Of a DNA stretch of 64,000 nucleotides, positions 1-11,021 are shown one piece after another. Every line of letters starts with the position of its first letter. The first letter of the stretch is position 1. This DNA comes from Epithemia pelagica (lineage: Eukaryota > Protista > Bacillariophyta). The DNA lies in NCBI GenBank assembly GCA_946965045.2, contig OX337231.1, positions 1,178,001 to 1,242,000 on the forward strand. The letters are read 5' to 3'. A program made the translations under genes and the position numbers. Below the pieces are notes generated by a model, which was not told where the DNA came from, searched no databases, and worked only from the letters and a program-made list of their open reading frames with translations.

Positions 1-379
1 TCCTTTGAATTCCCTTGAGACCATTGGTTGATTGTTGTTTTGGTGGATTTCGGTTCATTGATTGAATCTGTCTTATTCGCTATTGGAATTTACCTGATTG
101 TCAAAGAGCTTATTTCTTCACCTGAAAACCACAAACCATTGTTTGTGATCCAGTTGCGGCTGTGTTGGATTGTTCTCTTATTTCTTGGTGTTCAAAGCCT
201 ATTACCGTCAGCCTTTTCAACCTGTTGCTTGTCGAATCTTTGGTTGGATTGTTGTTTGGTTGGATCTTGATTCTCTGTCTATTGAATCCAGGAGTCGGCC
301 GTTTCACCGATTGTGTTTCTTGTTTGTTGGATTGAGCCTGTGACCCTGTGGTGGTGGTATTGTGCCCCTTCTCTAGTTC

Positions 380-840
380 CTGAGTGCCGAAAGCCTTTTT
401 GAATCCTGTTCATTATCTCGAAGCTATTGTTGGATTGTTGGCTTGTTTGGATTTTGATTCTTTGTGACCCAGTGGTGTTGGTATTCGATCCGCTGTCTTG
501 TTTTGGAGTGCCGCAAGCCCTTTGAATCGCTTTCTTGTTGATCTCGAATCTATTGTTGGATTGTTGGTTGGCTCTGTGACCGAGTGGTGTTGGTATTCGA
601 TCCGCTGTCTTGTTTTGGAGTGCCGCAAGCCCTTTGAATCGCTTTCTTGTTGATCTCGAATCTACTGTTGGATTGTTGGTTGGTTTGATTTGATTCTTCT
701 TTGCGACCCTGTGGTTGTTGATTGGATCCCTTGTCTTATTTTTGAGAGCCGGAAGCCCTTTTGAATCCCTTTCCTGTCGATCTCGAATCTATTGTTGGAT
801 TGTTGGTTGGTTGGAATTTGATTCTGTGCATCATTGGTAT
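380..840. repeat. Degenerate tandem repeat, ~112-bp unit, about 4 copies
   Basis: gtattcgatccgctgtcttgttttggagtgccgcaagccctttgaatc starts at 481 and 593; looser copies flank it on both sides. Confidence 0.8.
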
Positions 841-2584
841 TTGGATTTGCGGTCTTGAATACTGTGGTGGTACTGGAGGACTTGATCTTGTAAGCATTTC
901 TTGAATTGTGAATGATTCCTCCCTGTTACAAGAAAGTACAAACAAGCTGGTGAAAAGGTAGTAGCCAGTTGTCTCTAATACTTTCTTTCGGGATTGATAT
1001 CTATGCAGGAGTGGTACCTGTTGGTGGTCTAATGTCAAGCAACATGTCGGAGCAAAACGAAGATTCTGTGCTGGTTGGTGCTTTGCCTGCCCCTTTCAGT
1101 GAAGCAATGAAGAAGACTCCCTTGACGTTGGAACGAACAGTGTTTTTTGTACATGAGCGATGGAAGGAATGCCCTATTCAAGACTGGGTTGCTATCGATA
1201 TAGTGTACCCCATTGGTCCTACAGCATTGGTCCACGACTTTAGAAGACAAATGATCGTCAAGTTGGCATTGCCGCCTTGTTCCTCTACGTTACTACAAGA
1301 TATCCTTTGTCATGCGGCATTTTGTATCCCCAAGATACAAGCCGAGGTGGGTCATGACTGCGACAAGGAGCCATTCCGGACTGCTGCACTACGCATGTTC
1401 CTGAGGACTCTGTATGATAGTGCGGTGGATTACTGGCAACGAGTTTTTCCATCTGGCACAGAAGAAACTATCGATGGGCAAGAGCTTGGTTTTCGACAGA
1501 CAGTTGTTCATTGGATCCGGAATCATGAAATTTTTGGAAACGATGACACAGTTATATCAGTGTCCTTAGATGCGCTGAAGGTTCATTTGACCGACCATCG
1601 CTTTTACACTACAAGCTGACGTACGATGGAATCAAGATTCCCGTGTTGGTTCGAGGCCTTGAGTTGCTCCAGAGGATTCATAAATTGATCCATCCCAGCC
1701 AGGAAGAATTGTCACAGGGGGAGATCGTAACTGCGTTTGTTTCTACTATGCCCGATAAATTTCTCGTCACCTATGCTGAAGAATTTGGTGGGACGGAAGA
1801 ACAAGTCACATCACTGAGTTTGACACATATTGCTATGCGTTTTTCTAATATCGCGGATGCTGTCCACCGTGATGCCTGTTTTGAAGATATAAAGCGTACG
1901 ATGAAAAGACGGCAGCTGAAATTGAATCTGGCCCGACAATCGCAACCTGATCGTGTTGGAACTGAAAACGACGAATCGAATATCATAGAGGAAAGGAAAA
2001 GGAAACACCCGGGGAGTGAGAATATTGGCACCGCTGAAGTTCCCCTACAGTCAGAGACAAATGTAGATGCGTCTTTTCTATCGGCAACTGAACGTCATGA
2101 TATTGGAGATGTTGGAGAACCCGCATGGAACATCAAGCGATCCAGGCCTACTATTATGGAGTCTCAACAAACTATATCATCTCCTGTGGCAAAACGAGTC
2201 CTAAACCTTGAAGATAACGAATCCCACGAGTCTGTTCTGGATAGAAAAAGTTGTTCAAGTGCTGTCGTGTCAAATGGTCAGCCCCCGCCTATTCCTACAC
2301 AAGTATCGGATGAATACGAAATCGCAATGATGGATCGGAAACCCCCGGCTAAAAAACTTCCGCCTGTTTTGTCTCTTAAGCAACCTCCGACTCAAACTAC
2401 CAACAATGACCATACAAATGATGGTGGAGATCTACAGGGAGAACCACCACATGTTGATATTGAAAGCGGTCAAGAAAACTCATCAAAGGAGCGAGTGGTG
2501 GACCCAATTTCAGCTGTTAAAAAGGAATATCCAGTGGGACAGGGAAATACAGAGACGACCATTGACCAGGCGACTGATTTGATG

Positions 2585-3088
2585 ACCATTGTCCGAGGAG
2601 ATGAGCTTACAGTGGGGACGACCAATGTCCAGGTGACTGATTCGACGACCATTGCCCTAGGAGATGAGCTTACAGTGGGGACGACCAATGTCAAGGTGAC
2701 TGATTCGAAGACAATTGCCCGAGGAGATGAGCATATGATGGGGGCAACCAGTGACCAGGTGACAAAGTCAATGACCATTGCCCGAGGAGATGAGCATTTG
2801 ATGGGGGCGACCAGTGACCAGGTGAAAGAGTCAATGACCATTGCCCGAGTAGATGAGCTGACAGGGCGGACGGCCAATGTCCAGGTGGCTGATTCGAAGA
2901 CTGTTGCCCGAGGAGATGAGCTTTCTTTGGGGACAACCAGTCTCCAGTTGACTGCTTCGACGACCATTGCCCAAGAAGATGAGTTTGCAGTGGGGAAGAC
3001 CAGTGACCAGGTTACTGATTTGACAACCATTGCCCAAGAAGATGGGCTTGCAATGGAGACTAGTGATGTCGTCACCGAACAGATTACA
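2585..3088 (+). repeat. Coding tandem repeat, 63 bp (21 aa) x 8
   Basis: Units start at 2585, 2648, 2711, 2774, 2837, 2900, 2963 and 3026; consensus TIARGDELTVGTTNVQVTDST. Confidence 0.95.
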
Positions 3089-3659
3089 CATGAAGATTCC
3101 CAATTAGTTGAGAATGTCATGCACGACGATAATGAAAACGGAACAGCTGTTGCTTATGATGATGGTGTGTCAGACAGACTGTTTCGTTTCTCTCCACCCA
3201 AAGGATGCCATGGTGATGTTTGGTATAAGGAAGCCCAAATAATTGAGGATGTGCAGGTTGCGGCTAGAGGAAGACTACGTTATGAAAGAAGTTGTGTGAG
3301 AGGATATATAAACACACAATTGCATGATGCAATGAACTTGCGGACAATAGTTGCTGCTGAACGGGGAATCGATATGAAAGCCGTCACTATACCTGTTGTC
3401 TTTTCCTGTCAAACATGCAAGCGTTTCTGTGGAATGATGATACAAAACACACATTCCAAAATTTTGCAGCTTCCCCATCCATCATATTGACGTCGCTTGC
3501 TCTTACAACCATCAGAGAAGTGGGATGATGAATTTCCGGCGGAAATGTTCGATGTAATCGTACAGAGTATTATTCATCGAATGCATCTGGAACGTGTCTA
3601 TGTTGACTATGGTTTTGACTTGGACGACAATGCAACCCAAACGGTGGCAGTGGAGGATT

Positions 3660-4010
3660 GGAAACAGAACGAAGAGATAAGATTCCTGGTTGTGTTTGTG
3701 TCTAAGATCAATGGAAACTCGGGGAGAGACTCCTATGCCATGGTTATTGCCCAACTTTTCGATACTACTATCTATGTCTATGACCCGTGTGAAAATTCGG
3801 TGGACTATTGGTCAGATACTGTATCTCAGGTCTTAAAGAGGTGATGTTTGGATTCTGTGTTGACAGTGTGTCAAGGGTGGACGACTAAAATGCTCTTGTC
3901 AAAGAGATTTGGAATTGGGTACTCTAGTGCTGGAGGAAGAGTTCCTGTCCAGCTATTTTGCTTGGTATCGTTCTATTGGTTCATGGAGTATGTACATCGA
4001 TATTCTATTG
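3660..4010 (+). other. Ulp1/C48 peptidase-like region, probably catalytically degenerate
   Basis: SYAMVIAQLFDTTIYVYDP and FCLVSFYWFMEY resemble the HW.L.VI....I.YYDS and CG.FVL.FME segments of C48 proteases, but the His of HW is not present. Confidence 0.35.
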
Positions 4011-4414
4011 TTCCAGGAGTGAAGGTCGTTCCGTGGCATAGCATGACGAGTGACCAAATGGATGATATACTCCTTATCCGTCAATTTTTCAATAATGAAA
4101 TAATGGAAAACCTTCTCTGGATGAAGCTTTCTTCGGCGATCCGTCCTGTTACCATGAGACCAATTGACTCCGCTCGTCCTGACAATCTGGACGAACATCC
4201 TAGATACGTGGTGGACAGTGGAGACATGAACAATATTCCTGATGTATACGATGGTGATGAATATAGTTTCGAATCCGAAGACAAGTTTGACCGAAATCTG
4301 GACCCAGATCACTACACATGTTCGGCGGATAACCATCAACTGGCCTATGACAACCTTACATTGGTGAGGAATGAGATTCCTGATTACTTGCGGTCTTTGG
4401 CGGATGAGAATGTA

Positions 4415-5425
4415 TGTGTCTGTTGTGAAAGGTGTTTGCTCGACACAGGGGACGATGGTTTTGATGCTACACATTTAGAGGGAAGGTGGGGACCCATCGA
4501 TCGTGAACGATATTCACCTGTTTGCATTCTAGAGGCATGTGGGCATAAGATTCACAAGATTTGTCTCCAAATCAGGTTGGCCAAGGGATTGGAGAACTGT
4601 CCGGTGTGCGGTGTCAGTATTGAAACAGAGGGGAGAAATAATCCTAATATATTGGAGAAGCGTACTGGTAAGAAGTTTTCTATTCACGAAATTATCGAGG
4701 AATATAACGGAGAATCGATCCAGGTGGAAGAACATCATGATGATATGAATGAGAATGTGAGACAAGGCAGTGGTGACCAGAGAGTCGTCAATAACATGGG
4801 TGGAACCAATGCTGAATCAACTCCTACTATTGATAGGACTGCTACTCCTGCTACTACTGCTACTCCCTTGGTCGTGGTGGATCTGTCTGTATCACCTTTA
4901 GATGACAACAACGTTGGATCGATTGATTTATCTACCAATATGGGGGTTAGAGAAGAAACCATGGACAGTGCCCAACCCGTACCTAAAAGAGAGGATGATG
5001 GAAGAGTCATTGATCTAACCGATTCACCTCCGACACCGAGAGTATCAGATCCACAACAATGTGCCATTTGTCTGGGTACAAGTACAAGTGATTGTTTTGT
5101 GGAAGGATGTGTTCATTATTTCTGTCGTACATGTATTGCTCGTTGGATTGATCCAAGAGGAAGGACCACCAATGCCAGTGACAAATGTCCGGCATGTCGG
5201 GAGACGGTTCGTACGCTGACTTATTTTAATCCTATGAATCGGATTATTGAAAGAAAGAATGTCTCGGCGGTTGATCATGTGAATGCTTATCGGAGTGAGG
5301 TTAACCGATCGGTTGCCTGTGGAAGATGTGTGGTTTGTCACACAAGAGCAAATTGTTCGTCGGAGAGCTGCAACCATCAATTTTGTCGGTATTGTATGTA
5401 TCAGCGTAAAGAGTTTTCTGAAAGA
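4415..5425 (+). other. Three RING finger domains (one RING-H2, two RING-HC)
   Basis: CERC...CGHKIHKIC...CPVC (~4415-4610); CAIC...CVHYFCRTC...CPAC (~5060-5200); CVVC...CNHQFCRYC...CPEC (~5318-5425). Confidence 0.9.
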
Positions 5426-5638
5426 GGCGGATTGCATCGATTGCCACCGAATTGTCCTGAATGTCAAGACGAAATAGTACGAGTGACTTTATTTCAAGGA
5501 CATTCCGGCGTGGTGGAAGATGTTGGAATTCATATCAATGATGTGACTCCAGAGATATTGGGAATCCGAAGAACTACCTCTACGAACAACAGAGAATGGG
5601 GAAGTTTTTCGAATCTACCGAATCCTTTGATCAATCGA

Positions 5639-6585
5639 GAACAAGAACGGAATCCTAGAGTGGATTCCACTGCTCGTTCAAGCGCAAGTGGACGGGCTAC
5701 TGCTGTTTCTCCAACCACTACTTGGGGAGCACGTGGTACTATTGTTGATCGAGGTGTTTCTGGTACTGGGCGTTCCAATCCTGGTTCGGTGGTACAGGGT
5801 ATGAATGAAAGTCAATCTGGTACGGATGCTACTTGTGGAGTTCGATCCACTACGGCAAGTGAAGGGGTTGCTGCAAATTCAAGCCATACCTCTGCGGTCT
5901 CTGTAGTTTCTATTCCGCGTTCGACAAATGGTTGGGGGGCTCGGCCTGTTGTTGCTCAAGGAGGTACTGCTGTTGCGCAGTCGACAAATGGTTGGGGGGC
6001 TCGGCCTACCGTAGCTGGAGGAGGTACTACTGTTGTTTCGCATTCAACGAATGGTTGGGGGGCTCGGCCTGTTGTTGCTCAAGGAGGTACTGCGGCTGTT
6101 TCACAGTCAACGAATGGTTGGGGAGCTCGGCCTGTCGTAGCCGGAGGAGGTACTACTGCTGAATCGTGGTCGACGAATGGTTGGAGGGCTCGGCCTGCCG
6201 TAGCTGGAGGAGGTACTACTGCTGTTTCGCAGTCGACGAATGGTTGGGGGCTCATCCTGTTGCTGAACAAGAACGGAATACTAGAGTGGATTCGAATGCT
6301 CGATCTAACGCAAGTGGAGGGGCTACTGCTGTTTCTCCAACAACCACTTGGGGAGCACGTGGTACTATTGTTGATCGAGGTGTTTCTGGTACTGGGCGTT
6401 CCAATCCTGGTTCGGTGGTACAGGGTATGAATGAAAGTCAATCTGGTACGGATGCTACTTGTGCAGTTCGATCCACTACGGCAAGTGAAGGGGTTGCTGC
6501 AAATTCAAGCCATACCTCTGCGGGCTCTGTGGTTTCTATTCCGCGTTCGAAAAATGGTTGGGGGGCTCGGCCTGTTGCTGAAGGC
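5639..6585 (+). repeat. ~320-bp direct duplication enclosing six 60-63-bp STNGWGARP tandem units
   Basis: gaacaagaacggaat...ggggctcggcctgttg occurs from 5639 and from 6265. Tandem units start at 5921, 5981, 6044, 6107, 6170 and 6233, with a seventh at ~6547. Confidence 0.95.
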
Positions 6586-7861
6586 CGGTCTGTATCCAGT
6601 TATTGGTCGGCCAATGACAATGAGACGTCTGTAGTTAATGGAAATCATTGGGTTCAATGGAGTCCACAAGTAAAAGACCAGCAAGGCCGGGGTGATCATC
6701 GAGGGGTTCAATGGAGTCCACAAGTACAAGACCAAAGCCAGAGTGGTATACCATCATATTCTCCCATGGCATCACAGGCACCCCATCCAGGAAACTGGGG
6801 TAACCAGTCGGGATCCTATTCTTTGAATCATATTGGACCTCAAGGATGGTGTAATGGACCTCAAGGATGGTGTAATCCTTCAAATCATGGAGAAAGTGGA
6901 TTTCATAGGGGGGCTCGTGGAAGTCCTCAACATCGGTGTGGTAGGGGTGGAGGGCGGAGGTTTTTTCGTGGAAGTCCACCACATCGGTCCGGTAATGGTA
7001 GAGGAAGCGGTTGGAATCAAGGTTACGAAGGAAGTGCGAGTCCATCACATCGGTGTGGTGGTGGTAGAAATGGCTGTTGGAGTGAGGGTTGTGGTCGGAG
7101 TAGAGATTGTCGTTGGAATTATGATTATTGTGGGGGTAACAGTTCTCCACATGGTCGAGGTTATCCACGTGGTAGAGGTGGTCGTTGGAATGATCATCAT
7201 GGTGTGGGTAATAGTTCTCCACATGGTAGAGATCATGGAAGAACTGGACCTCCTATGCAACGAAGTGGTAGGAATGGAAGTAGTCATTGGTCTCCTGGTC
7301 GTGGTGGAAGAGGGAATAATGAAGGTGGTTATTGGTCTTCTGGACATGGCGGAAGAGGAAATGATGATGGAAGAAATTATGTGACACGAGATCATTTCTG
7401 GGAAGGGAATCAACATGATGGACCTGAATCAGCAACAAATTTTCAGAATCATCAAGGCCAATCGACTGCACTTTCACCAACAAGAAATGCTGGGGGTCAA
7501 CGTTCTCAATGGAATCAGCCTCCAACTCCACCTGTAAGGGACACTGGAACAAATGCTTCGATGCCACCTCCCCCCCCCCCCCCCCCTCCTGCGAGGGAGA
7601 TGGCTAACACCAATTCCTCTAATGGGTAAGCTATGTTCGATGCGTCTGGTTTCAACGACTGTCTTGTGCAAAATTCAGAATGAGAACGAATGAACTACTA
7701 TATGACTACAGTCTGGTGAAATTTGCTCATAATGCGCTTCTCGTTGTATTCTAATTCTCTATAAAATTCAATGTGTTCTGTCACTTCGACATGTGTGTGT
7801 GCTTGTGTGTTTCTGTGTGTGTTTGCATGTGTGTGTGTGTCTGTGAATTAGTATCCATACA

Positions 7862-9608
7862 ATGGGGAGGTCTCCGCTGGAATTTAACAATGCGTATCTG
7901 AGGACCATCATGAAAAAGAAACCACAACAATCTAGTGAGATCATCATGTCCGTTACGGAAAAGGCCGATTGCTGTCACGAATTAATATCCTTCTGGAGTC
8001 ATGGAGAAACTGAACGTAAATCTATACTGGCTGGAATGGTTGCTTTGTGTTTTGGTGGCATGGACAACCAGAAATCGTTCTCTCGTGCGTTCATACATGC
8101 TTCTCAACAAGATGTGTTACGACTGGAAAACCTTGATAAATTTTTAATTCGGAACATACCGACTGCATATCTGAGGATGGATTCATACTGTGGTGAAGAA
8201 TCAGAGGACCCTGCATATCATTCTTCCTGTGGCTTTGAAAAAGTTGTGGTCAAACAACAAGACACGTGGGCTTTGACACATGAATGTCACTGTGCGTTCC
8301 TAGTCGATTGCACATTGGAGAGGACAAATAGAGCAAAACGATCCGTATCAAAAATGAGCTCCAAGTCATTCTTTGATGACACTGTTGTGCACATTCGTAC
8401 ATCCAAAGCTATGATGGAGGACAAGAATGACATGCTATTCCGGGACCTGATTATTGTTTTACCTTTCGCAGGTGTATTCTATACTACTTCAATGACGAAC
8501 AATGGTTTTTCACGCCGATATGTCCCATTGCCTTGGACATGGTTACGGTTACGTCATGACAATGGTAAACCAGCCGCGGGTGCCTTCGTGCGACATATTC
8601 ACCGATGTTTGTCTATTGATTGGGGAAAGAATAGGTTGAACAATGTGGAGAATCCTACGCTGGCATATCATTGCTATCAGATGAACGATGCAGAGACCGG
8701 TACTCCATTGTTGCCTCCAGATGTCTATCTCGCTTCAAGGAAACCAATTTCCTGGCGAAAGTGTTCTTTGAATAATCATGCTCTACGAGTCAAGTATCGT
8801 AAATTATTGGAGGACAGTCCATCGCAAAGATATGGTTGCCGACGATATGTTATTGGAGCATTGCACCAAAATTCGGGGGATGGATGTCTGCGGTATGATC
8901 AAAGGATAGATGGAGATGCCACCTTCTATATCACAACACGGACTATACATGGGCGACCGGAGTCCATATCTGTTTTGAAGGTTACGGCATTGGATGATAG
9001 AATGTTTGGTGGTCTATCGTCACTCATGAGGAAAGCGACATGTACTTACACTAGTCATGCTAGGATGAGGAGGGGGAATGCTCGAGCAAACCGTGGTGAT
9101 AAGGGTGGGATGACCGTGACTGGAATGTTGTCTTGCAAAGAAACCAAATCGCTGGTCATGTCAGATACAATCATCAAGCATGACCATGGTTTTTATCATA
9201 CTCTTCCTAAGATATGCAGAGGAGTGCGTCGATTTTCGGAAACAACATGTCAATCTGATGAATGCCACACACTATGATGCTTCGGACGCTTCGGTATGTT
9301 TTGTAATATGGACAGAAACTTCCCCAAATACAACGGAGGGATGGTACTTTGTCTTGCCTAATGTACTCATCAAGAAGGATGATCGCTCTTACATGGGTCT
9401 ATGCATCAGGTTATTCCATGGTGTTTCTATCATGTGGGATGGACGAATTATCAGGCATGGAACTTCCCTGCACTCAACTACACCAAATTCTGATGGCACC
9501 CCTAACTATACTATGGGTTGGTTCTGGGGGACAAACACTAAGATTATCTCAACTGGTAGAAATGGGGGAGACAAACCTATTGCTGACAACACTGACAACA
9601 CTCAGTGA
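7862..9608 (+). pseudogene. TET/JBP-like 2OG-Fe(II) dioxygenase, split by a frameshift or deletion near 9250
   Basis: The downstream frame has NATHYDASD (HxD, 9270-9278) and GVSIMWDGRIIRHGTS (distal His, 9456-9458) with double-stranded-beta-helix-like spacing. The upstream 471-aa ORF overlaps it and stops at 9277. Confidence 0.6.
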
Positions 9609-10881
9609 TGATGATTGTTGGAGACTGCATTGAAACCATATCGGAATAAGACCATGTAATTGAAAAATCACCCATATCTGCGGAAAGCAACCAGTCAGAC
9701 CATTCACGGGCATCTCCAATGCAGGAGGAAGGAATCCACCTATCCATCCCCATTGATTTCAGATCGTTGCGATGTCCAATGAAATCCTCACCCATTTTCA
9801 CAACAGCCTGTTTTATCATCAAGAGAACCGGTTTAGAGAAACTATTGATTCCCTCCCAATTGGGCATTTCAAGTTCAAAGTGAAGAATTCTCCGTACCAC
9901 ATGACAAAACCTCCACACAAAATACTTATTTGGTGAAGACCAACACTTGATATAACTTACGCACTCTTCTTCAGAGTTTGCAGGACGAAGACAGCATTTA
10001 CAAACCACGGGCAGATTCATTTCTGTTATCGTTGAGATCTCTTCATTCAGTAAGCGACTCGTGTAAAGTTGCTCTCGGCACTTGTTTTCGTCACAATGAT
10101 GTTCACAACCTCCAAATTGGATTCCACATCCGTAACAGTTCTGTTGGCATCTGCTGGATGTCCCAAACTGATGCCAGCAATCCTCTTTCTTCTTGATGGG
10201 TATTGCTTTAGTTAAGACACAGAATGGACAGATTGGGTTAGGTGGATGATGGTTTGATCCCACTATGTTGTTGACCAACGTGGTAAATTTGATCACTTCT
10301 TCATGTAAGTCATCCCTTGATGACCTACCAAGGCCTTTCACTGGTGGAGAATCGGGGATGATCTGTATTTGTGTGTTATTAAGAATTGACCGTTGATTCT
10401 TTTTGACATCATTGCTGATTGGCTCTTGTTGTTTTGTTCTCGATTCCAACGAGCATGACTTTTCTCTTCGAGGAGGCTTCACTTTGGCTTATGGATTGAT
10501 AATGGATGATTTCTCTTGTCTATTCTGACTTGTACTGCGTTGCCCACTATTCAACTCAGTCTTTGATTCGGGATATGAATGTCTTTTTGTTGGGTTTGAT
10601 ATGGTGTGTGGATTGGTTATGATTGATTGCCTGGCGACATCCTTCTTGTCAGAGGCTTTGACTCTCTTTCTGTACGGGTTGGCAATTGTGGATTTCCCCT
10701 CTTGCTCATTAAGTTGACTATTTTTGTTGTCTGCCTGTGACTTTCTCTTCTCTGGAATCATATCAGTTGTTTGAAGTCCACCACAATCACTGATGTTGTT
10801 TCCAATCTCATTCATGGCGGTCCCTGGGTGCACTCTATTTGGACTTTTGACATGTGACAATCGTGGTACACTCTCTGTCAT
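9577..10881 (-). pseudogene. Cys-rich protein of unknown function with one in-frame stop
   Basis: ORFs 10489-10881 and 9577-10482 are in one frame, split by TAA (NP*AK, compare NPY earlier in the protein). Cys clusters: CPFC, CQQNCYGC, CEHHC, CKCC. Confidence 0.55.
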
Positions 10882-11021
10882 AGAATCTATGCGGTACTTG
10901 ATTATTTATGGAAGGAGCATGTCACTATGATTGTTACAGTACTACAGATTGACGAGAAGAGGAGTTTACCTTGTTGGTATGTGATGAGTGTTTGGACATT
11001 TTGTTACACTCACTGCCAACC

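Larger units (their letters stand above)
1032..7629 (+). pseudogene. Interrupted ~2,200-codon polyprotein: repeat region, Ulp1/C48-like region, 3 RING fingers, GW repeats, RGG/Gly-rich tail
   Basis: ORFs 1643-3490, 3497-3844 and 3848-6430 share one frame and are separated only by single TGA codons (3488-3490, 3842-3844). Adding one T at 1602-1605 would join ORF 969-1619. Adding one G at 6246-6250 (G5, versus G6 in sibling repeat units) would join ORF 6166-7629. Confidence 0.7.

Noticed and set aside
3488-3844. TGA recoding (Trp/Sec) or an alternative genetic code in the polyprotein
   Set aside because: TAG and TAA also interrupt element genes, and host genes use TGA as a normal stop (e.g. 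59749-59751). Mutational decay is the simpler explanation.
6635-7416. Alternative-frame and antisense ORFs rich in V/I/M or H/T
   Set aside because: They are shadows of the Gly/Arg/His-rich coding frame.
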